A program made the translations under genes and the position numbers. From Candidatus Thorarchaeota archaeon SMTZ1-45 (GTDB taxonomy: Archaea; Asgardarchaeota; Thorarchaeia; Thorarchaeales; Thorarchaeaceae): 40,847 bases of DNA. How positions within the stretch are numbered: position 1 is the first letter of the stretch; every line of letters begins with the position of its first letter. Below are positions 31,929 through 40,847 of the stretch, piece by piece. Under the pieces are notes generated by a model, which was given only the letters and a program-made list of their open reading frames with translations, did not search any database and had not been told where the DNA came from. Where the stretch lies: assembly GCA_001563335.1 (NCBI GenBank), contig LRSL01000083.1:1-40847 (forward strand), written 5' to 3'.

Positions 31929-33451
31929 GCCTAGATCTTGAGAACATGACAAGGTCAATTGTAGAGAACCTTCATCAGACATGGCTCTATAGGGCAATTG
32001 AGGGCTGGTGTCGAAGTGATGCACTTGAATTGAGAGAGGAACTGGGTCTTGCGAGTTTCTCTATCACAACCTCAGACCCTGTTGAGATGTATCAGAAAGT
32101 CAAGACACATTTGCTCTCTAAGACATTTCATGATGATGAAACCTTGCAATTCCTTATGGATGCACCACGTTGGGTAGGTTTCACCTTGGAAAAGGATGAA
32201 TTTCAGTCTGGTCAACAGGTCATTGGGGCAGCGAGGAATGAGGCGATCGCTTTACTTTGGCTAATGGCGATTCCAAAGCTTATCATCAAGCCTACAGTCT
32301 TTCCAGAGGATTACCCAATTGATGGTATTAAGATATTCATCAGTAGCCTAATGTCGTCAGACAAGACACGAGATCTGTTAGTACATTATATGTCCAAAGC
32401 TATGGAGTTGCGGGGTATACATGATATTGTATTTGAACCAAATCCCATTGGGAGAGGGTATATAATTGATGATGCAATAAGACCGCAGCGACTAAGGTCA
32501 CTTCTCGCGTTGATGATAATGCGATCAACAAAGCATACTTATGATTTGGACAAGGTGTTCACCCTTAACGAAGAGCAGATTGTTGAAGAAGCATCTGCAT
32601 ACATAGTATCAATGCAAGCAAAGTCGATGCTAAAGAATCAAATAACAGGCGGCGTGATGCTACGACCGTTTGATTGGCCATTGATTGGAAATCCCAAAGT
32701 TTGTAATGGATTATTTTCAACCTTGAATGTGCTCCAACAAAGCACCTCAAAGATGGTTACTTGCACTACATATACATATGAAACTGCGGAAAAGCAAACT
32801 CCTTGGAGCCGAAGTGATTTCATTTCATTCTTAATAAAAGAAATAACAGAACATTATTCAGAGATACATCGAATTCGTCATGGGAAAAGCAAGAATACTG
32901 AACTTGATTTGTTTATAGAATTGCTAACTGGGGAAAATATCAAGATAGCAAAAAGACTCCTTAGAGCAGATGATCCTGGTGCAGCATTATTTGAGGAATT
33001 GAATGATTATAAACAGAAGGCAAAGAGTGGAGAGAAACCTCAAATCACACCAGAGCGTCGTTTTCGAATAGTTCTATCTTCTTTGAAACAACAAGTATCA
33101 GAGGATAAATTGGAAGAAACTTCATCAAATGAGGTGATGGACCAGATTAACGAAGCCTTTGATGCGATTATTGGGGTTGTTGAAAGTCACGAGAAGTCTC
33201 TTGGTGATGAAGCTGAAAGGTTTGCACAGGCACTCTGTTTTGAAACCGCTTACCGAATTCTTCAACTTCTAGATGTTGGAGATGCCCTCATGGACCTTCC
33301 GTGGGTTTCCAGATTTGTCGCTGAAGAATCTGCAAGGTCAGATATCTCAACAGGAGAGATAAGTAATTTAGATGATGAACATCGCATCAAGAGGATCGTT
33401 TCCGCTTATGCGGGTGGTCTTACATACCTTATTCTCCAAAACCAGAACTGA
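31925..33451 (+). CDS. Hypothetical, predominantly alpha-helical protein
   Basis: 508-aa ORF, GAGGAGG SD, TTGA overlap with the upstream gene. Confidence 0.8.
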   Translation: MSLDLENMTRSIVENLHQTWLYRAIEGWCRSDALELREELGLASFSITTSDPVEMYQKVKTHLLSKTFHDDETLQFLMDAPRWVGFTLEKDEFQSGQQVIGAARNEAIALLWLMAIPKLIIKPTVFPEDYPIDGIKIFISSLMSSDKTRDLLVHYMSKAMELRGIHDIVFEPNPIGRGYIIDDAIRPQRLRSLLALMIMRSTKHTYDLDKVFTLNEEQIVEEASAYIVSMQAKSMLKNQITGGVMLRPFDWPLIGNPKVCNGLFSTLNVLQQSTSKMVTCTTYTYETAEKQTPWSRSDFISFLIKEITEHYSEIHRIRHGKSKNTELDLFIELLTGENIKIAKRLLRADDPGAALFEELNDYKQKAKSGEKPQITPERRFRIVLSSLKQQVSEDKLEETSSNEVMDQINEAFDAIIGVVESHEKSLGDEAERFAQALCFETAYRILQLLDVGDALMDLPWVSRFVAEESARSDISTGEISNLDDEHRIKRIVSAYAGGLTYLILQNQN

Positions 33452-33481
33452 TTGACAATCTATAACCAATGATTTTACGGT

Positions 33482-34396
33482 TTACGTGAATGTCCTCAAT
33501 AGCATATCCCATCTATGCTGTATGAAGTCCTCAATCTCTTTGATTTTCTTATCGTCACGCTTAGGTCTGAATAGGTGGGAGAAACGGCCTTGCATTTTCA
33601 GGAACTCATCTATAGGTTTTCGTTTCTCAGGATCTTGGAATCTTTTGCTGTGCATTCCAAGTGTGAATTCATCACCCACACGTTCCCATTGAATCCAGTA
33701 GCCAGTTTCCACAGCTAGCTTACCAATCTCCACACCTTTCTCCACAGGATAATTCCATGCCTGTGGACATGGAAGGAAAATATGGCCAAACTTAGGTCCC
33801 TCGAACTCACGCGCCTTCTTGAACTTGTCAAAGAGGTCTCGGGGATATGAGGTGTTTGCTGTGAATTGATACACTGGCTCATGAGCAGCCACGATGAAGT
33901 CAAGCATCTTCTCAGGTTCCGTCTTGCCAAACCAGGTAGTTGTGGTCTGAGCATGAAGTGGTGTTGCTCCCGACCGTTGAGTTCCTGTATTGCTGTAAAC
34001 TTGGTTATTATAGCAGATATAGAGGAAATCAGTTCTACGCTCGAATGCTCCACTTAAAGCTTGTATCCCGATATCGAAGGTTCCACCATCACCAGCCCAA
34101 ACCATCACAATAGTGTGATCGTTACCCTTAGCCTTTAGAGCAGCCTTTACACCTGATGCAGTTGCAGCAGATGCCATGAACGCAGTATTAAGCACAGGAA
34201 TACCTAGACCGCTCTTTGGCCATAGTGACTGAACAACACTCGTACAACAGGCTGGGACCACTTGGATCACATCTCCCTCTAGTGCCTTGTGGGCGTGTCT
34301 CAAAGCGACCATGTCCTGACAACCTGCACATGCTGCGTTACCCTTCAGTACATATTCCTTGAGTGGCATTTCTTTAGTTGCTACCATTTCACTCAC
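33482..34396 (-). CDS. porB: Pyruvate/2-oxoacid:ferredoxin oxidoreductase beta subunit
   Basis: ACAGC, GDGGTFDIG..NN TPP-binding motif, YSNTGTQRSGATP, PCP. Confidence 0.9.
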   Translation of the reverse strand: MSEMVATKEMPLKEYVLKGNAACAGCQDMVALRHAHKALEGDVIQVVPACCTSVVQSLWPKSGLGIPVLNTAFMASAATASGVKAALKAKGNDHTIVMVWAGDGGTFDIGIQALSGAFERRTDFLYICYNNQVYSNTGTQRSGATPLHAQTTTTWFGKTEPEKMLDFIVAAHEPVYQFTANTSYPRDLFDKFKKAREFEGPKFGHIFLPCPQAWNYPVEKGVEIGKLAVETGYWIQWERVGDEFTLGMHSKRFQDPEKRKPIDEFLKMQGRFSHLFRPKRDDKKIKEIEDFIQHRWDMLLRTFT

Positions 34397-35571
34397 TCCT
34401 TCAAGTCATTCCAAGTTTCTTCAGGACCAAGCTCACCGCTTTCTACAGCTTTATACGTGTCCAATATCACAGCCTTGATGTCTGGTATGGTCATGTCACG
34501 ACCACCAAGACCGCCAATATAGCTCTTTATCATGGGTCTGTTTTTAGTATGGTACATTGATGCGCGAATGTCGTTTGCTACCGGACCACCGAAACCATAT
34601 GAAACCCCTCTATCAAAACTTGAGAATGCCTTCACGCGGCTTCCAAGATCACGAATCTCTTCAACAGGGAATGGCCGAATCATTCGAATCCTAGTATTTC
34701 CAGCCTTGTATCCCTCATCACGAAGCTCATCAATAGCATCCTCCGCCTCAGCTCCCATAGAACCCTGTGATGTAAATACAACGTCAGCATCATCACACTT
34801 GTAGCAATCGATTGGGCCTCCAAAGTATTTCCCGAAGTGTTTCTTGTAATCTCTCTCCACTTCTTCATAGACTTTTAAAGCAGCCTTTGTGCCCTCATGC
34901 ATCATATTACGGAACTCACCATAATGTTCAGGAAACACGATGTTTCCATGACTAATAGGATTTTCAGGATCCATTACCCAATGTGGCGGAGTGTAGGGAG
35001 GAAGGAACTCGTCGACTTCCTCAGGTTCAAGATAATCATACGGTGACACTGTATGGCTCAGTACAAAACCATCGGAGTTGACCATTACAGGCATCAGAAC
35101 GCGTTCATCCTCTGCGAGCTTGAACGACTGGATAATCGTATGGTACAGCTCATCAACACTTGCAACATAGAATTGAATCCAGCCAGTATCACGCTTCGAG
35201 TAAGAGTCATCATGAGTAACGTGAATATTCCAGCTTGGAGAAACTGACCTGTTAATATTGTTCAGTACAATTGGTAGTCTCGCTGCAGCAGCCCAATGTA
35301 ATGCTTCGTCCATAAGAAGTAGACCGTTTGAGGATGTAGCTGTGAACGCTCGAGCTCCTGTAGAACTGGCTCCAATGCATGCAAACATTGCAGAGTGTTC
35401 CGACTCTACACGAATGAATTCTCCTTTGAAGATACCTTTCTCGTTCAAGAGAGCAATCTGCTCGGGTACGGTTGTTGCAGGTGTAATTGGGTATGCTGCA
35501 ACGACTTCAACTCGTGCAGAAACCACAGCTCGAGCAGCTGCATAATTGGCACTCATTATCTCTGTCTTCAT
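34393..35571 (-). CDS. porA: Pyruvate/2-oxoacid:ferredoxin oxidoreductase alpha subunit
   Basis: AAYPITP, VESEHSA, TATSSNGL, DGFVLSH, RPFP, GLGGRD; ATG 35571 overlaps the delta-subunit stop (ATGA). Confidence 0.9.
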   Translation of the reverse strand: MKTEIMSANYAAARAVVSARVEVVAAYPITPATTVPEQIALLNEKGIFKGEFIRVESEHSAMFACIGASSTGARAFTATSSNGLLLMDEALHWAAAARLPIVLNNINRSVSPSWNIHVTHDDSYSKRDTGWIQFYVASVDELYHTIIQSFKLAEDERVLMPVMVNSDGFVLSHTVSPYDYLEPEEVDEFLPPYTPPHWVMDPENPISHGNIVFPEHYGEFRNMMHEGTKAALKVYEEVERDYKKHFGKYFGGPIDCYKCDDADVVFTSQGSMGAEAEDAIDELRDEGYKAGNTRIRMIRPFPVEEIRDLGSRVKAFSSFDRGVSYGFGGPVANDIRASMYHTKNRPMIKSYIGGLGGRDMTIPDIKAVILDTYKAVESGELGPEETWNDLKE

Positions 35572-35903
35572 CCCTCTGAACCTCCTACTGGGAGCGAGTC
35601 TCCAATTGAATCTGAGGTGCGTACCATCTCGATGCATTTCTTTGGACATACCTCAGCGCAGATCCCGCAGCCTTTACAATAGTCAAAATCCCAAACAGGA
35701 TAGTCATCCTCACCTATGCTAATAACGGCCTCTGGGCAATGCAGCCAACAAGTGCGGCACTTATTGCACTCATCATAGTTGACTATTGGATCGAAGGTCC
35801 GCCAGCTCCCGGTCTTTCCAGTTGAGCCAATCATGGGTTTGGAGTAAGAGGTCTTTGGCATGTCCTTCTTGCCCGTAGGCTCAGTATTTACCTCATTAAC
35901 CAA
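35568..35903 (-). CDS. porD: Pyruvate/2-oxoacid:ferredoxin oxidoreductase delta subunit (2x[4Fe-4S])
   Basis: KTGSWRTFDP, CNKCRTCWLHCP, DYCKGCGICAEVCP. Confidence 0.92.
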   Translation of the reverse strand: MVNEVNTEPTGKKDMPKTSYSKPMIGSTGKTGSWRTFDPIVNYDECNKCRTCWLHCPEAVISIGEDDYPVWDFDYCKGCGICAEVCPKKCIEMVRTSDSIGDSLPVGGSEG

Positions 35904-36032
35904 TTAGGTACACTTCCAGCTCGAGCTCTTACTAGCTCGTCCGGAGGACAGACAATTAAGCGTTATGATGTAGGTTCATTCTTGATTCGGATACCTTATC
36001 TAGTCATCAAATCACAGGATTTTCGATGCACT

Positions 36033-36836
36033 ATGGAGTTCTCGATGACATTGGTTCAGATGCCCTGTGTTGAGGGAAACAGACAGCATAACTTCTCAAA
36101 AGCTAGACAACTTCTTGAGAAGTACAAACCTGGGAAGGGAGTTCAATTCATTCAGTTTCCAGAGCTGTTCGCGATTGGATTCCGTCATGAGGACTATTAT
36201 AGAGAAGGACCTGGAGTCCCGGGTCCAACAATGGACTTCCTGTCAAACATAGCTGAGAAGTATGAAGCATATACTGTTGGTACGGGGATTGAGAGTATTA
36301 AGGACAAGTTCTACAACACTTTAGTATTGGCAAATCCAAATGGTCATGTTTCAGGAACCTATAGAAAGATGCATCCATTTCAAGATGAGCGGGATGTCTT
36401 CAAAGGAGGTGATTCATTGGCTATCTTTGATTGCGCGGGTATCAAAGTCGGAGTTCAGATATGTTATGACATAAGGTATCCAGAGGTGACTAGAAAGTTA
36501 GCTCTTCAGGGCACTGAACTAGTACTCATGCCCGCGGCTTTCCCAGACCCAAGAAGTGAACACTGGAATACTCTGGTGAGAGCACGAGCAATTGAGAATC
36601 AGCTCTACGTTGCTGCGGTCAATAGGATTGGTTTTGGATTCGATGGGAAGACATACTTTGGTCATAGTCAGACAGTCGACCCATGGGGAATTGTCTTAGT
36701 AAGGCGAAACTCAGAGGAGAGATTAATCACCACTCAAGGTGACACTGATATGATTGAGTCCGTGAGGTCTCAGATTACATGCTATGCAGATATTGCCCCA
36801 GCAGGTTATGATAAAGTACAACATTATGAAGGGTAA
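36033..36836 (+). CDS. Carbon-nitrogen hydrolase (nitrilase superfamily, Nit/omega-amidase-like)
   Basis: E-K-C triad: FPE, YRKMH, ICYDIRYPE; RARAIENQ; GHS..VDPWG; ORF track start is 35982. Confidence 0.9.
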   Translation: MEFSMTLVQMPCVEGNRQHNFSKARQLLEKYKPGKGVQFIQFPELFAIGFRHEDYYREGPGVPGPTMDFLSNIAEKYEAYTVGTGIESIKDKFYNTLVLANPNGHVSGTYRKMHPFQDERDVFKGGDSLAIFDCAGIKVGVQICYDIRYPEVTRKLALQGTELVLMPAAFPDPRSEHWNTLVRARAIENQLYVAAVNRIGFGFDGKTYFGHSQTVDPWGIVLVRRNSEERLITTQGDTDMIESVRSQITCYADIAPAGYDKVQHYEG

Positions 36837-36895
36837 TCTCAAGAACACAAGCGTTAAGTGATGTACATAACTAGCCTACACTATCTGGAGGATTA

Positions 36896-37408
36896 ATGGT
36901 GGATCAAACCAACCTCATAAAGGATTCAGTTCGCGATTGGTTCTCTCGAGAGGGAACAAAGGTAGAAACGATTTCAAACCCACGTGCAGAGTTTTTGTTT
37001 AAGGTAAAGTTTCATCGATTCTTCTTTACTGTGGTTCGACCAAATGAACAAAGATATCTTCAGATTGAGTCACAGGTAATGATCTCACCGCAACATCAGA
37101 AGCTTCTCACACTAGAGAAAATGCGTGATTATCAAGTAAAAGCTATGAAGTTTAGTTTCCAAGAGGGACTGACAATGGGCTTCATTCAACCTCGACCAGG
37201 TCAACCTGGACCACAACCTCCAGGACCAGGATTTGTCATCTCGGATAGAATCTATGATGATGCATTCACTGAAGACCGACTATGGAGAACTATGCGGAAA
37301 CTACATGGAGCAATTGACATGGTCATCACACTATTAAATGAAGTCACAGGGCAACCGGGTCCAAAACCTGAGGAGTCAACAGAAACTGGTCCATCTTATT
37401 ACACATAA
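36896..37408 (+). CDS. DUF2299-like archaeal protein
   Basis: VRDWFSREG, V.ISPQHQ, RIYDD.FT patterns; GGAGG SD. Confidence 0.65.
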   Translation: MVDQTNLIKDSVRDWFSREGTKVETISNPRAEFLFKVKFHRFFFTVVRPNEQRYLQIESQVMISPQHQKLLTLEKMRDYQVKAMKFSFQEGLTMGFIQPRPGQPGPQPPGPGFVISDRIYDDAFTEDRLWRTMRKLHGAIDMVITLLNEVTGQPGPKPEESTETGPSYYT

Positions 37409-37537
37409 ATGTGACCGGCTTGACGTTTTTTCGAGGAGGGTACGTAGTAGCTCTCTTTTTCAAATCAGAGGAAATAAGATTACGATAGTTGTAAGAGCCC
37501 ATTAAGTGACCCGCCGTACAATACAGAGTGTGTTTGC

Positions 37538-40500
37538 ATGAAAGAAACTCGTATCCAAGTTAAAGTCGTTATACCACTTCTTGGAATTCTAATCCTATGC
37601 TTTTTCACACCAGTGTCACTCACAACCATGGATAGTGTTTTTTCAGATTCAAAACCACAGAGGCTACAACCTTCTGATAATAATTTAATATCATCAGCAG
37701 GTAGTGGTGGTAATGAAATCAATTCGATTATGCAATACTCTAGGGAGATTCAAGGTTTGAATCTCGCACTGATGAATAGCTTCGGTGATACAGCATCGCA
37801 CTTGAAAACTGTGGATTGCTCGGCGTATCACATTGCTGGATGGTCGTTGTATGAAGTTTTAATTTCGACCTCAAGAATTGTTGCTAAATCCGAATGTGAA
37901 GTTGTTGGGAAAAGTAGTAGTCCTAGTAATGTGGGATTTAGGATTTTTGAACATGACTTGGATTTGTATTATGACCAACTAGCTCAGGGTTTCTATAATA
38001 TGAATCATGATGGCAAGTTGGAGAATTTGTCAATACTATATGACTCCCCGACCTATGACCCAATCAATCAAAATTATGCATACATCGATATCAGATCAGA
38101 TTACCAAAATGGATCTACCAATATGGTGTCTTCAGTACAATTAGATAACGTTGGACTAACTGCAACATGGATCAACATCACTGAATCTGTCATTCTCAAT
38201 GCAGGTATAACATACTATGCTGTTATGAATGGGAGCAATCTCATCGAGTACAGCAGCATCTATCCGTTAATTCGATGGTTCTATGAAGATACTTCTGGGA
38301 TTTACCTAACCAGACGGCATAACACTGATGGTGATACTTGGGGCTCAGACAGACCCTTTGAAGCTCTTCTTAATTATACATACATTCCATGGAATACAAC
38401 AAGTGATTCTGTCCTCGAGTTCATTAACCCACAATCTGTAGCATTACAAGGGAATTCAACCTCGTTAAGTGGTTCTGAGTGGCTTTTTAGTTCAACATCA
38501 AATGTTTCACAAGTGCAATTTTCATCTAATCAATCGATATCAATTGAGTATGATTTAACACTTCGATACAAACAAAATATTTCATCGCAATCAACCTGGT
38601 TCGTAGGTTCATCAGGAAATGATGTTGAATGGAATATCACATCAGTCCTTGATTTCCCTGAGCTAGGCGGATCACAGGATAAAAATCTGACACTAGTTTT
38701 GCCTTATGATTGGACAGCCAATCATCTGTTCAATTTAACAAATCCAACACAGTATTATGACCATTTCAGTCAGGATGGAGCTACAGTAGTATGCAATCTA
38801 TTAAATGACGAAACTTGGGTGTTAGAATGCACATCACCTAACTATCTTCAAACAATCTCGAAATATGATAGTAGCGATGATAGTACAATAAGCTATAAAG
38901 TGCCTGTTTCAGTGATTATGGATATCAACAGCACAATCGAAAGTCCCACATCAATCATTGCTACAAATGGCCAAGCCAGTCTTAGAGTGTTATATCAGAA
39001 CTCAGTTGAGTATTCTGAGAACTTTTCTGTAACAGCTGGGAAATCTTACCATCAATGGGATATATCTTCTCATTCATCATCTAACGGATTGCATACAATT
39101 GATGTTGCGTGGGTGAACGGTACTGAGGCAGGATATCTAACTAGCAATGTTCTTGTCTACTACCAAACAAATCTAGTGGCAGACGAATATTTCATTGATG
39201 CGTTTACTGACGATTCATTCTATTTGGGAATAGATTTCAATCAAATATTTCCCGTTGGGGGTATTGATGGTGCTGCTGCAAATGTTACATATTCATTCGG
39301 AGCAGCTGTAAATCAATCATTAGAGGATCAAAGTAATGGCCGCTGGGACACCACTGTTTCAACATCTAGCATGTCTCCTGGGACTTATGACTTGCACATT
39401 TATGCAGAAGGATATGCTCTGGAGAACAAGAGTCTAATAATTGAAGTCACGCTTATTCATGATACAGAGGCACTTACTGTTCTGTGGTCAAACACCAATG
39501 ACATAACCTACATCGAAACGACTGAACTTTCTGTAGCCTATAAGCAAGTGGGAGGTAGCCCAATCGCTGATGCAATAGTTAACGTTACGATAGATACTAC
39601 GACATGGTCACTTACTTGGGATGGAGTCAGTGAAACCTACAAAATGATATTTGATGGTTCAGATATTCCACCAGGCTTTGGTATTCATAATTTAGTTATA
39701 GAAGCGTGGAAGCAGGGGTATAAATCACAAGTAGATAGCACTCAAACACTTACAATTCAAGAAGAGCCAACCACACTTGACCTCCAGTGGTCTAATGGTA
39801 ATAGCATAACCTATATCGAGTCAACAACACTGATGGCAAATTATACAATGAGTGAGGGATCACCTGTCACTGGGGCTCTTATCAACGTCACAATTGGTTT
39901 TGACACGTGGACACTGTCTTGGAATGGCATCACTGAAACCTATGAGTATACGTTTAATGGAAACGCAATTCCACCAGGACTTGGCACACATAGTCTTACT
40001 GTGGAAGCTGACAGGTTTGGGTATGTCTATGGATCAAACTCTTCGTTGACATTGACAATAAATGAAGAACCTACAAGCTTGGTTCTCACATGGTCATATG
40101 GTTACAATATCACCTATGTTGAAGAAACCTATCTTATAGCAAATTATACCATGAGTAATGGATCAGCTGTTGTAGGCGCGAGTGTAAACGTAACAATAGG
40201 ACTTGACACATGGATTCTCAATTGGGATAGTCCAACTGAAACATATCGGATTTTATTTGCAGGAACAGATGATCCTCCAAGTTTTGGAACTCATAGTATT
40301 ACAGTACTAGCAGATCTACATGGATATGTTTCAAAGTCAAATAGTAGCAGTCAGCTCATTCTCAGAGAAGAACCTACTAATCTTATGCCAACATGGTCTG
40401 AAGGAAATAGCATTACGTTTGTTGAGCAGACAACACTTTCTGCTTCATATACCATGAGCAATGGTTCTGCTGTTCGTGGGGCTCTTGTAAGAGTTACGAT

Positions 40501-40847
40501 TGGACTTGACTCATGGTTGCTCAATTGGCATGAGGGATCGTTGTCTTATCGGATTACATTTCTGGGCACACAAGATCCTCCAGGATTTGGAACTCATGGT
40601 TTAACCGTTGAAGCTTCCCTTTTTGGTTATGAAAGTCAAACGGATACTTCCGAACTCCTTACAATATCAGAAGAACCTACAACGTTAACTGTAACATGGT
40701 CAAATGGAATTGTAATCACATATGTGCAACAAACAACACTCTTAGTTTCATATAGAATGAGCAATACCACACCAATTTCAGGTGCTACTCTTTCCGCAAC
40801 AATTGGGACTGATGTGTGGATACTAAATTGGAATCCTGTTAGTGAGG
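37538..40847 (+). CDS. Large secreted surface glycoprotein with tandem Ig-like repeats (runs off window)
   Basis: Not in ORF track because there is no stop in the window. Begins MKETRIQVKVVIPLLGILILCFFTPVS (signal peptide); S/T/N-rich with many NxS/T sequons; downstream repeats are in frame with this ATG. Confidence 0.88.
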   Translation, partial: MKETRIQVKVVIPLLGILILCFFTPVSLTTMDSVFSDSKPQRLQPSDNNLISSAGSGGNEINSIMQYSREIQGLNLALMNSFGDTASHLKTVDCSAYHIAGWSLYEVLISTSRIVAKSECEVVGKSSSPSNVGFRIFEHDLDLYYDQLAQGFYNMNHDGKLENLSILYDSPTYDPINQNYAYIDIRSDYQNGSTNMVSSVQLDNVGLTATWINITESVILNAGITYYAVMNGSNLIEYSSIYPLIRWFYEDTSGIYLTRRHNTDGDTWGSDRPFEALLNYTYIPWNTTSDSVLEFINPQSVALQGNSTSLSGSEWLFSSTSNVSQVQFSSNQSISIEYDLTLRYKQNISSQSTWFVGSSGNDVEWNITSVLDFPELGGSQDKNLTLVLPYDWTANHLFNLTNPTQYYDHFSQDGATVVCNLLNDETWVLECTSPNYLQTISKYDSSDDSTISYKVPVSVIMDINSTIESPTSIIATNGQASLRVLYQNSVEYSENFSVTAGKSYHQWDISSHSSSNGLHTIDVAWVNGTEAGYLTSNVLVYYQTNLVADEYFIDAFTDDSFYLGIDFNQIFPVGGIDGAAANVTYSFGAAVNQSLEDQSNGRWDTTVSTSSMSPGTYDLHIYAEGYALENKSLIIEVTLIHDTEALTVLWSNTNDITYIETTELSVAYKQVGGSPIADAIVNVTIDTTTWSLTWDGVSETYKMIFDGSDIPPGFGIHNLVIEAWKQGYKSQVDSTQTLTIQEEPTTLDLQWSNGNSITYIESTTLMANYTMSEGSPVTGALINVTIGFDTWTLSWNGITETYEYTFNGNAIPPGLGTHSLTVEADRFGYVYGSNSSLTLTINEEPTSLVLTWSYGYNITYVEETYLIANYTMSNGSAVVGASVNVTIGLDTWILNWDSPTETYRILFAGTDDPPSFGTHSITVLADLHGYVSKSNSSSQLILREEPTNLMPTWSEGNSITFVEQTTLSASYTMSNGSAVRGALVRVTIGLDSWLLNWHEGSLSYRITFLGTQDPPGFGTHGLTVEASLFGYESQTDTSELLTISEEPTTLTVTWSNGIVITYVQQTTLLVSYRMSNTTPISGATLSATIGTDVWILNWNPVSE
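39458..40847 (+). repeat. 303-bp (101-aa) tandem coding repeats, 4 complete plus 1 partial
   Basis: Unit starts at 39458, 39761, 40064, 40367 and 40670 (EEPT.L...WS....ITY.E.T...Y.MS.G....GA.V.VTIG.D.W.L.W...PPGFGTH). Confidence 0.85.

Noticed and set aside
37480-40049. ORF-track entries 37480-37722 (-) and 39852-40049 (+)
   Set aside because: Both overlap the long surface-protein frame starting at 37538

Overview
This is a gene-dense archaeal chromosomal segment, most likely from an Asgard archaeon (Thorarchaeia-like). That assignment is inferred from the longin, WD40-PCI, ZPR1 and adaptin-ear-like proteins, the archaeal TATA/GGTGA signals and a giant Ig-repeat surface protein. Housekeeping content: an MFS transporter (partial), a K+-independent H+-pyrophosphatase, an IlvC-like protein, tRNA-Ala(UGC), ZPR1, a PadR-regulated heterodimeric ABC exporter, DUF2070, UbiX, 2-oxoacid:ferredoxin oxidoreductase delta/alpha/beta, a nitrilase-family amidase and DUF2299. 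No integrase, transposase, CRISPR array or rRNA was seen. The most striking unannotated signals are: (1) two ~100-nt paralogous structured RNA candidates (2448-2555 and 3560-3663) with unrelated closing stems but a shared CUCCCUCCUA(A)CCACGCGA core; (2) two tandem paralogs, each built from eight Cys3His metal-finger repeats fused to an adaptin/coatomer-appendage-like module, co-oriented with a catalytically dead SAMHD1-like HD protein; (3) a cluster of tiny ORFs, two of them related, upstream of the MFS gene; (4) kite/MAGE-like, NPRL2-like and WD40-PCI eukaryote-signature candidates; and (5) an active/inactive M28 peptidase pair. All domain calls are from manual motif recognition; no database search was run.
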